From positions 1-60,257 of IMG/VR virus record IMGVR_UViG_3300027759_000010: DNA of 60,257 bases, one strand, 5' to 3'. The DNA comes from a virus (taxonomy: Duplodnaviria > Caudoviricetes). The notes beneath the pieces are model-generated. The model saw only the letters and a list, made by a program, of their open reading frames with translations, had not been told where the DNA came from and made no database searches. Made by a program: the position numbers and the translations under genes. Shown one piece after another: positions 30,711 through 41,623 of this stretch (within the stretch, counting starts at the first letter, position 1; every line of letters begins with the position of its first letter).

Positions 30711-33563
30711 ATGTCATCTTTCGATCTGCTTGATGCGGTACTGCCACCGGAAGGGCGCTACTGTGTGATAGGGATTGGCAAGTATCCTGACCAACATTTT
30801 GTAGAGACTAAGGAACAGGTTGAAGAGTTAGCGAAGGGGTTTGTTAAACGCAAGATTGACGTGTTCTTTGGATGCGCCAAGTTTGGTTCGTTAGACAACC
30901 GCACCCATGAAAATGCAAAATACTTCCGTGCTCTGTGGATGGACATTGATTGTGGCCCAACCAAAGGTGTACCCGACAAAAAAGGCATTATCAAGGGCTA
31001 TCTCGATCAGCAAACTGGACTCGACGAGTTCAAGAAGTTCTGCATTACGGTCGGCTTACCAAGGCCAATATTAGTTAGCTCCGGCTACGGCATACATGCG
31101 TACTGGCTGCTAGAAGAAACAGTGTCCCGCCGAGAGTGGGAGCCACTAGCCAATAGGCTTCGTGAACTGTGCGTTGAGCAAGGGTTAATTGTGGACTCCT
31201 CAGTCTTTGAGGCTTCACGTGTCCTGCGCATCCCCGGCACATTCAATTTTAAACAGGAAGACCCTAAAGAGGTAACAGTACTAAACGAGTTGACGCCTCG
31301 CATGACATACCAAGAAGTTAAAGACTTGCTTGGTGCGCCTGAACCAAAGGACGATACACCCGATTTCATCCCTCGCTCAATGAGCCCGATGATGGAAGCA
31401 CTCATGGGTAACAAAGTCAAGCGGTTTAAGACGATCATGATGAAGGGTGAGGGCGGGTGCGCTCAACTTAACTACTGCTTTGAAAACCAAAACAGCATCG
31501 AAGAACCGTTATGGCGCTCCGCTCTTTCTATTGCAGCTTTTTGCGTAGACGGAGATAAGGCTGTACATAAACTGTCAGACCAGCACGAGGGCTACGATGC
31601 CGTAGAAGTTGACAACAAGGTTAATAACCTACGTAGCAAAGGTGGCCCACACCACTGCGCGACATTTGCAAAACTCAATCCGCAAGGCTGTGAGGGTTGC
31701 ATCCATAGAGGCAAAATTAAATCGCCCATCATGCTCGGCGTTGAGATTGAAGAGGCCGATGCAGAAGATAACGAATACGCCGTTGAAGATGAAGACGGTG
31801 AGGTTGAAATACAGCACATCCCAGAGTATCCGTTTCCGTTTTTCCGTGGCAAGAAGGGTGGCATTTACATTCGCCCCGAGAGCGAAGACGAAGAGGCCGA
31901 GCCCAAACTTGTTTACGAGCATGACTTTTACGTAGTCAAGCGCATGCGTGACCCCGAGCTTGGCGAGATAGCTTTGTTTCGTTTGCACTTACCGCACGAC
32001 GGTGTCCGAGAGTTCAGCATCCCTACGATGGGTATCTCTTCACCCGATGAGTTGCGCAAACAGTTGGCACACAACGGAGTTGTAGCTCATAAGTCACAGT
32101 ACGAATTACTCGCAAGATACGTTGTTTTCTTTATAAAAAATTTGCAATACATTAAAAAGGCAGAAACCATGAGAACTCAGTTTGGTTGGGTAGAGGGGGA
32201 CAGCAAGTTCATCCTCGGTGATCGAGAGATTACAAAAGACGGAGTGTTTTACAGCCCGCCGTCGAGCGTTACAAAAGATGTTGCCGCAAAACTAATTGTT
32301 AAAGGCACGATGGAGAAGTGGAAAGAAGCGTTCAACATGTACGCTAGAAAGGGGCTCGAACCCCATGCGTTTGCCGCGCTCACAGCGTTTGGCTCACCAC
32401 TGCTGAAGTTCACAGGTCTTGAAGGCGCGATCATCAACGTGATTCACCCTGACTCTGGTTCGGGCAAGTCGACGGCATTGTTTATGTGCAACAGCGTGTA
32501 CGGTCAGCCCAAGGAGTTGACCTCCATGTACAAGGATACGTTCAATGCAAAGATGCACCAGCTTGGTGTGATGAACAACCTGCCCAACACCATCGACGAG
32601 ATTACCAACCTCAGTGGCATGGAGTTCTCTGACTTGGCGTACAGCATTAGCCAAGGCCGTGGCAAAAACAAAATGAACGGCTCAACAAACACTCTGCGTG
32701 TTAACAACACTAGCTGGCAGGGCACGACTTTGTGCTCGGCAAACGCCAGCTTCTACGAAAAGTTAGGTGCGGCAAAGAATACACCCGATGGCGAGTCTAT
32801 GCGTCTGCTCGAGTACAAGATCGAACCTAACAGCGCGATTGGTGTGCAGGAGGGCAAGCAGATGTTTGACCACCAACTGCGTGAGAACTTTGGCCATGCC
32901 GGTGAAATCTACATCCAGTGGCTTGTCAATAACTTGGAAGAAGCAGTAGCCCTGATGCGTAAGATTCAGGCTCGGCTCGATAAAGAAGTACAGTTTAGTC
33001 AGAAGGAGCGTTTCTGGTCGGCTGTATCAGCTTGCAACATAGCTGGTGGTTTGATTGCGTCCCAACTGGAACTGCACGACTACGACATGAAAGCTGTGTA
33101 CGACTGGCTCAAGGGTATGCTTAACGAGATGCGGTTTGAGATCCAAGCACCTAACTCAACACCCGTAACAATCCTTGGTGAGTTCGTTAATGCGCACATC
33201 AATAACGCCCTAGTAGTGAACGGTGAAGTCGATTCTCGTAGCAACCTACAGTCCATGCCTATGCTCGAGCCCCGTGGAGAGCTACTCATACGCTACGAGC
33301 CAGACACTAAGGAATTATTTATTGCGGCCAAGCAATTCAAAGACTTTTGCGTCAAGCAGCAGATCAACTACAAGACTACTCTGAAAGAGTTGGGCAATGC
33401 CAAGATTTATGTGGACGGTGTGAACAAGCGGATGTCCAAGGGCATGAAGGTTGTGTCCCCCGCAGTTCGGGTGCTGAAGTTCGATGCCTCAGCCGCCGAG
33501 TTCTTACAGATGGATACTTTTGCGGTTGCAGATGAAAATAGAGACGGTGTCGTACCAGATTGA
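30711..33563 (+). CDS. Primase-helicase (AEP/RepB-like primase, DUF927, P-loop helicase)
   Basis: WMDID, SSGYGIHAYW, RVLRIPGT, Cys cluster, QFGW, SGSGKST Walker A, IDE. Confidence 0.85.
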   Translation: MSSFDLLDAVLPPEGRYCVIGIGKYPDQHFVETKEQVEELAKGFVKRKIDVFFGCAKFGSLDNRTHENAKYFRALWMDIDCGPTKGVPDKKGIIKGYLDQQTGLDEFKKFCITVGLPRPILVSSGYGIHAYWLLEETVSRREWEPLANRLRELCVEQGLIVDSSVFEASRVLRIPGTFNFKQEDPKEVTVLNELTPRMTYQEVKDLLGAPEPKDDTPDFIPRSMSPMMEALMGNKVKRFKTIMMKGEGGCAQLNYCFENQNSIEEPLWRSALSIAAFCVDGDKAVHKLSDQHEGYDAVEVDNKVNNLRSKGGPHHCATFAKLNPQGCEGCIHRGKIKSPIMLGVEIEEADAEDNEYAVEDEDGEVEIQHIPEYPFPFFRGKKGGIYIRPESEDEEAEPKLVYEHDFYVVKRMRDPELGEIALFRLHLPHDGVREFSIPTMGISSPDELRKQLAHNGVVAHKSQYELLARYVVFFIKNLQYIKKAETMRTQFGWVEGDSKFILGDREITKDGVFYSPPSSVTKDVAAKLIVKGTMEKWKEAFNMYARKGLEPHAFAALTAFGSPLLKFTGLEGAIINVIHPDSGSGKSTALFMCNSVYGQPKELTSMYKDTFNAKMHQLGVMNNLPNTIDEITNLSGMEFSDLAYSISQGRGKNKMNGSTNTLRVNNTSWQGTTLCSANASFYEKLGAAKNTPDGESMRLLEYKIEPNSAIGVQEGKQMFDHQLRENFGHAGEIYIQWLVNNLEEAVALMRKIQARLDKEVQFSQKERFWSAVSACNIAGGLIASQLELHDYDMKAVYDWLKGMLNEMRFEIQAPNSTPVTILGEFVNAHINNALVVNGEVDSRSNLQSMPMLEPRGELLIRYEPDTKELFIAAKQFKDFCVKQQINYKTTLKELGNAKIYVDGVNKRMSKGMKVVSPAVRVLKFDASAAEFLQMDTFAVADENRDGVVPD

Positions 33564-33726
33564 CTGGTCTAAGTTCCGGCGCGGCTATTCTTTCTTTGTA
33601 CCCTGCATTGATGATAAAGCCGCCCGGAGAACAATTGCGGCAATAAGTAAGCGGCTAAAGATGCCTACAGTTACGAAGGTAGTTATAGAGGAAGGCATCA
33701 AAGGTTTGCGAGTGTGGCGGGTTTGA
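33532..33726 (+). CDS. Small basic protein
   Basis: IDWSKF..GYSFFVPC...GLRVWRV. Confidence 0.7.
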   Translation: MKIETVSYQIDWSKFRRGYSFFVPCIDDKAARRTIAAISKRLKMPTVTKVVIEEGIKGLRVWRV

Positions 33727-33779
33727 GCTACACTGCTCATGTTGGCTTCTCGCAGTTGCTGACGTTGCTACTCCTCTTT

Positions 33780-33807
33780 ATCCCCGGCTAATCACCGGGG
33801 ATTTTTT
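33780..33807 (+). terminator. Terminator at the convergence of the two arms
   Basis: ATCCCCGG-CTAATCA-CCGGGGAT-TTTTT, overlapping the stop codon of the 2096-aa gene. Confidence 0.8.
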
Positions 33808-36800
33808 CTGCCTTTCGTTTAGCCGCCATCTCAGTGGCCCGTCGATCTAGACGATCTTGCAGCTTGTCCGCAGCTTCTCCAACGATTGAAACATTCTTCT
33901 CCGTGACGTTCACACCTGCACGAGAGCTTGCACGTTGTTCAGCCTTCTTGAGAAGCGAATTGTAGATGGAGTCGGCATCAAGTGCGTAAGACGGGTTCTT
34001 CTTGTTGAACTTAGAAACTTCGTTCTCTATGATGTCGGCAAACTTATCATCCCCTGCATCGGTCTCTTTACGGCGTTGGAAATCAAGTTTGTTCAGTATC
34101 AAGTTGCGTTGGTTATTGATTTTTTGCTCGATACCCGAATATTTAAACGCTGGGCCTTGAGTAGCGGCAAGGATATCAGGACGGAAACCAATTGCTTGGC
34201 CAATTATTTCACCCGTTTTTACATCGTCTTTGCCGACTAACTCCTTGCCGCGACCAGTCTGCATACCTTCGTCTGCGTATTTGTTAGCAACTACAAGGTT
34301 ACGAACCACAGCGGGGAGCATGCGCTCCAACATCTTCTGGTAGTCACCCATTGCGTAAGCATCGTAGGCATCGGCAAAACCTAACATCAAACTGGCAGTC
34401 GGGCCACCAAAGTGATCCAGCATAAAAGCAATTGCGCTTTCACGAGAAGTCTTAGTCTCTTTGCTGTCACGCCCAAATAGATCGGCTAGTCCAATACGAG
34501 CACCAATAGCCCATCCGGTAAGCGCATTAAATGGGCCTTCTTTAACGAGGTCGCTTACGGGCACGCCGCCAAGCGTAACGTCGCCTAACTTATCGGGGAG
34601 AAGTACTTCAAAGAACCAAGTAAAGAAGTCAATATTTTTAAGTTCTTCAGGCCAGTCGTCGTCCAAACTCAACTGGCTCCAAGCCCATCCAGCAAGCCCC
34701 ATGATTGGGTTAATCAAAGCCATGTTTGCCGCACCAGCAAGCAAGAATGATGTGCCCATCATGCCAAAGAATTTAGTAGCTGCTTCTTTCTTGCCTTCTT
34801 TGTTGAGGAAGGGGAGCATCTTCTTAAAGTTGGTTAGCAGCAGCAAAGACATCTGCAACGGATACGTCTTGAACTGAAACGCAATCTTGCCAATACCTTG
34901 CTGCATAAACCGTGGGCGGTTTGTAACGTCGTAGTTACCCAGCGCTTCGTTGGTGGAGTCAACAGCTTTTTGTACGGCAGTGTCGTAGTCAAGTCCCTGC
35001 TTCTTACCCAACCGATACGCAGCTAGATACACGGCCTCACGGCTTAAACGCTCAGTGTTGTGCATCAATGCACCGACCATCAAGTTTGCAAGACGCTTGC
35101 CTTTACCTACAACACCCTCAAACTGCTCGGTGGACATGCTTTTGTAGCCCCACACCAAAGAGGCATAGGTTGACTCAGACACACCACGGGCTGTCATCTC
35201 ACCGATAGCTTTGCGCTCGTCGGCAGGAAGAGTTTTGTTATTGGCAATGCTCGGCGCAGAAATAGAGGTTGTACCGTCTACATTAGGGCGGAATACGCTG
35301 TATTGATTAACCAGAGTGGTCATCTTTGCAAGCTCAGTAGCCGCACCTGTAGCGTTGTTGTAGTTACCAGCAAGTACAGGCAAACCAGAAATAAATATGC
35401 TAGAAGGCTGAATCAATGCCGACGCAGCAGAAGACAAGTACCAGAAGTAAGACGCTTTGTTTGCAACACCAGCAACAGACTCGCTTAAAGAACCGTGAGC
35501 GCCAGACAACGCCATGTCAATACGTTTCTCAGCTTCTTGCACAAACGGGGACAACTCTTCACGCTCGGCAATAGAGTTACGCGCTTCTGACATTGCGTTA
35601 CGGAGAAGCGGCCCGTACTTCAAACGTGCCAACTGAATGGATTGTTTAGAAGCAGTAGTCGCAATGTTTCGCTGCAAGTCTGTACTAAAACCAGCCCGAC
35701 CTTTACGGTGAGTAAACTGCCTGCGGAACGATTGCTCCGGCATTGTGGTCAGATAGATCTGGTAGACCGCATCCTTCAAACCTTCTTTAGCTTCAGGCGA
35801 GCCCAAGTCTTTGGCGTCGATTGCTGCAAAAACTTCTTTAAGCATCTCGCTTGAGTTCTGTGATGCGGCGCGTAGTTCTTTTAGGTCGTTGCCTTGCTCA
35901 AACTCTTTATCGGCCACCAACTCAGCTAAACTTTTCCCCCGTTCAGCCGCTAATTTTTTAGCCGCTTCATTACGTTCTGCGCGAGTCTCAAATAGATAGA
36001 ACAAGCGTTGCTCACCCGAGCCAATGGCTAGGAAGAAATCACCACGGCGCACTAACGGGAAGAAAGGCTTGATCCTCGACTCGGCTTCAAATGTTTTACG
36101 CAAGACAGCCATCAGATTTTTCTTCTCTTCCGTAGTCATACCCTGCAAGTTATTTATCTGCTCGTCCAACAGATCAGAGTACAACTCAATGACTGACTCA
36201 TAGTAGTCCCGCAACTTCTTGTACATGCGCTGACCGACAGGGCCGAGTGCTTTGTAGTCGTCATCAAGTTCTTTACTGCGTACACGGGTGCTAGTGTCAG
36301 ACGGGTCTATCTCTGCCAGCGTAGTGGCGTACACAAATTCTGAAAATTTCTCACGGCTAAGTTTGGGGTCTTCCTTAAACCCACGGTTCATAGAACCAAT
36401 TATCTGCTCTGCGCCAACCAAAAACTTCTGGGACATACCCAACATGCGTTGCATTTGAGTGTTAGCTTTATTTAGCGCAGGTATACCCGCATCAGCGGCC
36501 CACTTAGCTAAGAAGTCAAACGTAGGAAGGCGCACAGTAGCTTGTAGCTTGGCATACCCCAGCGCATCAGTTACGTTAGCCAGTATTTCGCGCACAGCTT
36601 TGGGGTCACGCGCCAACTGCATCAACTCAACGTTCTTAGCCTCTTCGCCTTCACGGGACAGCCGCACTTTTTCTTTTGCAATCTTTGCGTCTTTTTCAAG
36701 CTGAGCAGCGGTGCGTTTTACTTTAGAGTCGGCCTCTTCGTCGAACAAATCTTCTGGGCCTTTTTGTTGGAGCGAAGTTCTTCCTGTTTCAACTGCTGTC

Positions 36801-39800
36801 AGTCTTGTATCAAGCATCTTGTCTGTGATGTCAACCAAGTCAGTGAACGCAGTAGCTTCACCCTGCTTGATACCAAACAAATCACGGATACTGCTAACAA
36901 ACGTAGAGAAGAGAGTTGGCTCTTTGCGTACACCTTGCACGCGCATCAAGAACTTTTGGAACTCCGGGCTAGACATGCCGTAAGCCAAGAACTCATTAGG
37001 GTCTTTAAATATGTCGTAGCTGTCTGTTTTGTCGTTGTAGGTTCTGCTAACTATGTCGTTAACGTCCTCATCAACCATGTCAAGGTACGCCAAGTCTTTG
37101 TATTCCTGCTCGGCACGCTTCATGATGCCGTCCATCTCGCGCATAAATTTCTGCAAACTAGCGTTTTTAAAGCCTTTCAATAGACCTGCTGTAATACGAC
37201 TAGCCGTTGCTGCGTGCAACAATTCATGTAGCACTGTTATATTATTTATACCCTGTTGGTCTCCGAAGCTACTACCACGCACGTAGATAGTACGTTCTTT
37301 CCCTAGCATCACAAACAAGCCCCGCGCACCTTCTAACTCGGCAAGAATACTGGCCGGGGTTGCATCACCCTTCTCAACAACCACAAACTTAACGCCAACC
37401 ACAAAGTTACGAATGCGCTGGGCCACAAACCGCTGGAACAGATTGCCTGTCTTGATGATTTGCGCAATTGCTTGCGAGCCGTTAACCAGTCCGCTAAACC
37501 CTGTGTCAGCTTTGGCTACTTTGGCCTCAGAAGAACGCATCTTTTTAGGAATGTCCTTGGGGTCGATGTCTTCTTCAAGCATCTGCTTGGCACGTTCACG
37601 CACTGCTTTGGGTGCGCTAGGATCATTTGCAGCGTCGTTGATATACATAGCTGCATTAGCTATGCTAGTTTTTTCTGCGGGCGAGTTATACGTCTCAAGC
37701 GCCGACTCCAAGGCAGCAAGTTCTACTTTGGTGTCCTGATCTACTTCAACAGTGCCGTCTTCTGATGGGGCTTTAGCTGGTCGGCCTCGGCCTTGTGAAG
37801 CAAGTGCTTTATCAAGTTCAGCTTGGTACTGAGTAGCACGGGCAGCATCGCCCCTGTCTTGCGCTTTAGCCAGATTTACAGCCGCAGTAGCTTGCTTCCT
37901 GTTCTTGTAGGTCGCGGTTACTGCACCGTCTGTAACGTGTTCAAACCCACCTTCGGGGTTCTGTGCTACTACATGCTTTTGCGGGGCGGGTGGCCGACCA
38001 CGCTTACCGGTTACTGCTCCGGTTGTTGGTGGTGTTTGTCCTTCTTGCGCTGCTTCGATGGTTTCAGAGGTTTCAGTGCCAAGTGGGGCTCCTTCAGTTT
38101 CAGTTACGGGTTCTTCTATTGCGGCTGGTGCAAGTGTTTCAGGTGTTTTAGGTGTTTCAGTTACGGGTTCTTCTATTGCAGTCGGCTCGAGTCTTTCTCC
38201 TCCAACAACCCCTGTAACATCCTGTCCAGCAGGAACCACTCCACTTGGCTCAGCGACTCCAACTCCTCCGGCGGGGGGCTCTGCACTGGGCTGTCCAGCC
38301 ACTTGAACGCTGTCTCTACTTGGCTCGGTGATAGTCTGTCCAACATTTGTTTCTCCTTGAGCTTCTACCCGCGCAAGTTCATCCGCTTGCACTTCCTCTT
38401 GAGCTAGGTTTTGGGCATCAATTACTGCTTGCTGTGGTGGGACGCCAGACGCAATTAAGTCTTGCGTGATTTGCTCAACACGGTTCTCAGGTACTTTTAT
38501 GGCGGCGTCTTTATTCTCGGCCTTTAGCTGGGCATCAACTTTGCGTGTGGCAATATTTTCAGCGTTTTCTGCGGGAATACCTTGTTGGATATTAATTTCA
38601 GTAAGCGCGGCAATGCGGTCGGCGCGAACTTTTTCGGGTGTTGTTTCTAGTGGTGGCGCTTCTTTTAAGTCGTCGCTTGGACGCACTTTGCCAAGTTCGC
38701 CTAAGTTTGTATCCGTTGGTTTTTTCTCCGCCGCAAGCTCAGCGTTAATCACGGCTTGTTGCTCGGCCATCTTAGCGTCGCGTAAATTAGAACGCGCTTC
38801 TAGCGGAGCAGTAACGCCCTCGGCCAAAGCCTCAAGTAACACATCGGCGGGTTTGTTTTCACCTGTAGCTTTTTGCGCTGCAAACTCACCACCTGCGCCT
38901 CCAGCCATTTGGGTTGTTAATTCTTTGCCCCACGCCGCCATCGTAGCTTTTGTAGCCGCAGAGCCAGCAAGTTTGCCTTCCGCAATAAGAGCCCGTGCGG
39001 GCTTTAAGAACCTACCTGCTATGCCCATAGATAGAGCGTCGAATGCGCCGACGATTAAACCCCGCTTAGCGCCCTTGTCTTTGATCTCCGCAATAATTTT
39101 AGGGTCAGATAGAGCTTTGGACACCGCGTTTGCGTCCAGCATATTGACGCCTTTGTCTTGCAAGACATCAGCCATAACGGAGCCATACTCAAGACCACCA
39201 GAACTAAGGCCAGCCGCGCCAGAACGAGCCAAAACTCCAGCGGGGCCGAGCACCAAAGCAGGAGCCATAGCAGGCAAAGACACAGCCACCGACTCAACTA
39301 GCATGGTAAATGTTGCACGTGGGTTAGAAGCCAGAGCGGTAATAGCGTCGCCGTAAGTTTTAGCGTTGCCAATTTCTTCCATACCCTCACGTATAGCCTG
39401 TGATGGGGCAGCGGCAGCTCTTTGTTTTGCGTTACGCGCCAGCAAGCGTCCAGCGGCATCTGCGTCGGTTACACCGGTTTGAAACAAGAAACTTGTGGCC
39501 ACATCGCCTAGGCTTGCGTCTACGCGCTTAAACATATTGCCCATTGCTTCTGCGACGTACTTTACGTCTGTTACGGGAGACTCAAAAAACTCCGTCTCGG
39601 GCGTTGCTTTAATTTCACCAGCGGGTTGGGCTTTAACGGCTGGTACAGGCGCAGCCATTGGCGCTTGCTGCTTAAAGTAGTCACTACCCCGCCCCTGTCC
39701 GTGCTTAACTACATCACCCCATTTGACGCCCATTTTCTGCAAGGACTGCTTCATCTTATTAAGGTCTGCACCCTCTTCAATAAGATTGACGGCGTCGTCT

Positions 39801-40078
39801 AGCATTTCCCTTCGGTCTTTGTACGGGGCGGCTTTAGCTGGCCCCGGTTCTTTGCCCACTACGGGCGCAATTGGGGTTTCAGCAGGGGCAATGTCAGCCG
39901 CCATTGCAGCGCCAAAGTCATATCCCGCTTTAGGCTCCGCAGCTTGCGTAGGTTTTTGTGTAGGCGCAGGTTGGCTCCCTGCAATTAAACGCTTAACAGT
40001 GGATTGGATTACCGCTGGGTCTGTGCCATCGGGAAACTCAAGAACTCGCCCATCTGCGAGTTGTGCCTCGATTGCCAT
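33788..40078 (-). CDS. Giant internal virion/ejection protein (polyvalent-protein-like) with zincin motif
   Basis: 2096 aa, last late gene; LEFPDGTDP start, TVLHELLHAAT..EF.A metallopeptidase motif, helical C-terminal half. Confidence 0.7.
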   Translation of the reverse strand: MAIEAQLADGRVLEFPDGTDPAVIQSTVKRLIAGSQPAPTQKPTQAAEPKAGYDFGAAMAADIAPAETPIAPVVGKEPGPAKAAPYKDRREMLDDAVNLIEEGADLNKMKQSLQKMGVKWGDVVKHGQGRGSDYFKQQAPMAAPVPAVKAQPAGEIKATPETEFFESPVTDVKYVAEAMGNMFKRVDASLGDVATSFLFQTGVTDADAAGRLLARNAKQRAAAAPSQAIREGMEEIGNAKTYGDAITALASNPRATFTMLVESVAVSLPAMAPALVLGPAGVLARSGAAGLSSGGLEYGSVMADVLQDKGVNMLDANAVSKALSDPKIIAEIKDKGAKRGLIVGAFDALSMGIAGRFLKPARALIAEGKLAGSAATKATMAAWGKELTTQMAGGAGGEFAAQKATGENKPADVLLEALAEGVTAPLEARSNLRDAKMAEQQAVINAELAAEKKPTDTNLGELGKVRPSDDLKEAPPLETTPEKVRADRIAALTEINIQQGIPAENAENIATRKVDAQLKAENKDAAIKVPENRVEQITQDLIASGVPPQQAVIDAQNLAQEEVQADELARVEAQGETNVGQTITEPSRDSVQVAGQPSAEPPAGGVGVAEPSGVVPAGQDVTGVVGGERLEPTAIEEPVTETPKTPETLAPAAIEEPVTETEGAPLGTETSETIEAAQEGQTPPTTGAVTGKRGRPPAPQKHVVAQNPEGGFEHVTDGAVTATYKNRKQATAAVNLAKAQDRGDAARATQYQAELDKALASQGRGRPAKAPSEDGTVEVDQDTKVELAALESALETYNSPAEKTSIANAAMYINDAANDPSAPKAVRERAKQMLEEDIDPKDIPKKMRSSEAKVAKADTGFSGLVNGSQAIAQIIKTGNLFQRFVAQRIRNFVVGVKFVVVEKGDATPASILAELEGARGLFVMLGKERTIYVRGSSFGDQQGINNITVLHELLHAATASRITAGLLKGFKNASLQKFMREMDGIMKRAEQEYKDLAYLDMVDEDVNDIVSRTYNDKTDSYDIFKDPNEFLAYGMSSPEFQKFLMRVQGVRKEPTLFSTFVSSIRDLFGIKQGEATAFTDLVDITDKMLDTRLTAVETGRTSLQQKGPEDLFDEEADSKVKRTAAQLEKDAKIAKEKVRLSREGEEAKNVELMQLARDPKAVREILANVTDALGYAKLQATVRLPTFDFLAKWAADAGIPALNKANTQMQRMLGMSQKFLVGAEQIIGSMNRGFKEDPKLSREKFSEFVYATTLAEIDPSDTSTRVRSKELDDDYKALGPVGQRMYKKLRDYYESVIELYSDLLDEQINNLQGMTTEEKKNLMAVLRKTFEAESRIKPFFPLVRRGDFFLAIGSGEQRLFYLFETRAERNEAAKKLAAERGKSLAELVADKEFEQGNDLKELRAASQNSSEMLKEVFAAIDAKDLGSPEAKEGLKDAVYQIYLTTMPEQSFRRQFTHRKGRAGFSTDLQRNIATTASKQSIQLARLKYGPLLRNAMSEARNSIAEREELSPFVQEAEKRIDMALSGAHGSLSESVAGVANKASYFWYLSSAASALIQPSSIFISGLPVLAGNYNNATGAATELAKMTTLVNQYSVFRPNVDGTTSISAPSIANNKTLPADERKAIGEMTARGVSESTYASLVWGYKSMSTEQFEGVVGKGKRLANLMVGALMHNTERLSREAVYLAAYRLGKKQGLDYDTAVQKAVDSTNEALGNYDVTNRPRFMQQGIGKIAFQFKTYPLQMSLLLLTNFKKMLPFLNKEGKKEAATKFFGMMGTSFLLAGAANMALINPIMGLAGWAWSQLSLDDDWPEELKNIDFFTWFFEVLLPDKLGDVTLGGVPVSDLVKEGPFNALTGWAIGARIGLADLFGRDSKETKTSRESAIAFMLDHFGGPTASLMLGFADAYDAYAMGDYQKMLERMLPAVVRNLVVANKYADEGMQTGRGKELVGKDDVKTGEIIGQAIGFRPDILAATQGPAFKYSGIEQKINNQRNLILNKLDFQRRKETDAGDDKFADIIENEVSKFNKKNPSYALDADSIYNSLLKKAEQRASSRAGVNVTEKNVSIVGEAADKLQDRLDRRATEMAAKRKAEKIPGD

Positions 40079-40087
40079 AAGAACCCT

Positions 40088-41614
40088 TTACGGAAGTTGT
40101 TTACCCGCCGCATCAAATTTTAATACAGTCCTAGGGTTAGCAGATTGTGGGTTTACAGTTACATAATTCTTTTTAAACTTAGTTTCCGCAGCTTCTACGC
40201 TACCCGCATCCGCAACAGCTTTTTTCCACTCGCGGCTATTCATAAGCTTGTGTTTAGCAAGCGCTTCGTTTGCTGCAATATTTTCCTTAGACTCAACGGG
40301 TGCAATCCTAGTTGCAGCGTTAAGCCCCCCAATTTCACCAGTAGAAAACGAAGTCTTGGTTTGTTTTGCAGTCAATGCGCCAGCTTGTGCGCGTATACGT
40401 GCCGTAAATGCTTCTGGCGACTCACCTTTTTTTGGCTTACTAGTTGCCATTAGGTCAGCTACGTTATCTGCGTATAGTTGTTCAGCCAACTTAGGCCCAG
40501 CGCCAGCGCCAGCGCCTTTACCGGTAGCTCGATTACCTGTAACGCCTTTAGCGGCTAGGTTAGCCACGGCATTATTTAAATCAAACTCAGCTTTGTTTTC
40601 GTCTTGCTGGAACTTTCTGTAGTTCTCCATAGAAGCATCTGCGGCGCGTAAATTACCCATACGCTCTTTACGTTGTGCATCTTTAAGGGCAAACTGCATC
40701 TTAGCGTTAGCAGTTTTCATGGCTTGATCGGCACGGTCAACTTCGCCCATTGCACCTGCGTAAGCTGGCAGTGCGTTACTAGCGCCCTCAGAAAGACTAC
40801 GGCCTTTAAGAACAGCGCCCGCCGCAGTCAACAGTGCCATAGCTTCACCAGTATTACGGCGTTTGGCTCTGTCGGCGTCTTCTTGCGCCCCACGTGCTAT
40901 TTCAGGCCCGTAAATATCTGGGCCAGCATTTTTAGTCTCACGCTCTAAAAACTTTGCACGTAATGCTTCTTGTTCTGTCGGGTTTGTTTTTCGAGCCCTC
41001 CTTTTTTGCATATTTTCTATTTGTTTTATTAGCAGCGAGTTAAACCGATCAGTTGCACTACCTGTGCCAGCATCCGTAGCTGTATCCGTATCAGCGTCAT
41101 CATCTACATACATACCTGTTTCGTCTTCGCTATACGGTGTACCGGGTGGCACGGTAAGCTCCCCACCGACTGGGGCAATGTTGTCCGTAACCAAACTGTT
41201 GTTATTTTCTTTGGTAGGCCCTGCAAACGCAACAATGCCGCCAGCAGCGTAGTCTTCTTCGGGCGTGTACATACCGGCCAAACCACCGGAAGCGGCTTGC
41301 ATCGTAGGCTGTGGCATTGGGGGGCGCTGCGGCATACCTTGGGGGGCTTGACCCATTGCACCGGGCACCATCGCCCCTAGACCTTGCATCATAGGAGGAG
41401 GGGCCATGTTCTCAGCAACGATAGATGGGGACGAACTCGGCTGTTGTGCCTGACCCGCCATAGCCATTCTTTGAGATTCTTTGACCAGCTTCAGTGCATT
41501 TAGCGCAGTGTAGGGGTCTAGCTTAGGGTCAGGGCTCTGGCCCATCACCGCAGCTTGCAGAGCTTGAGGGTTTTGTTTGTACCGCTCGGCGTAGACAGAT
41601 GCCATGTCAATCAT
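40088..41614 (-). CDS. Putative ejection/internal virion protein
   Basis: 508 aa, Ala/Gln-rich and helical; AASGG and YAAGG motifs. Confidence 0.65.
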   Translation of the reverse strand: MIDMASVYAERYKQNPQALQAAVMGQSPDPKLDPYTALNALKLVKESQRMAMAGQAQQPSSSPSIVAENMAPPPMMQGLGAMVPGAMGQAPQGMPQRPPMPQPTMQAASGGLAGMYTPEEDYAAGGIVAFAGPTKENNNSLVTDNIAPVGGELTVPPGTPYSEDETGMYVDDDADTDTATDAGTGSATDRFNSLLIKQIENMQKRRARKTNPTEQEALRAKFLERETKNAGPDIYGPEIARGAQEDADRAKRRNTGEAMALLTAAGAVLKGRSLSEGASNALPAYAGAMGEVDRADQAMKTANAKMQFALKDAQRKERMGNLRAADASMENYRKFQQDENKAEFDLNNAVANLAAKGVTGNRATGKGAGAGAGPKLAEQLYADNVADLMATSKPKKGESPEAFTARIRAQAGALTAKQTKTSFSTGEIGGLNAATRIAPVESKENIAANEALAKHKLMNSREWKKAVADAGSVEAAETKFKKNYVTVNPQSANPRTVLKFDAAGKQLP

Positions 41615-41623
41615 GATTATTCC

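Noticed and set aside
38466-39356. Long + strand ORFs opposite late genes (for example 38466-39356, 55251-56030, 37823-38407)
   Set aside because: Antisense shadows of Ala/Thr-rich genes, with no RBS or recognisable motifs
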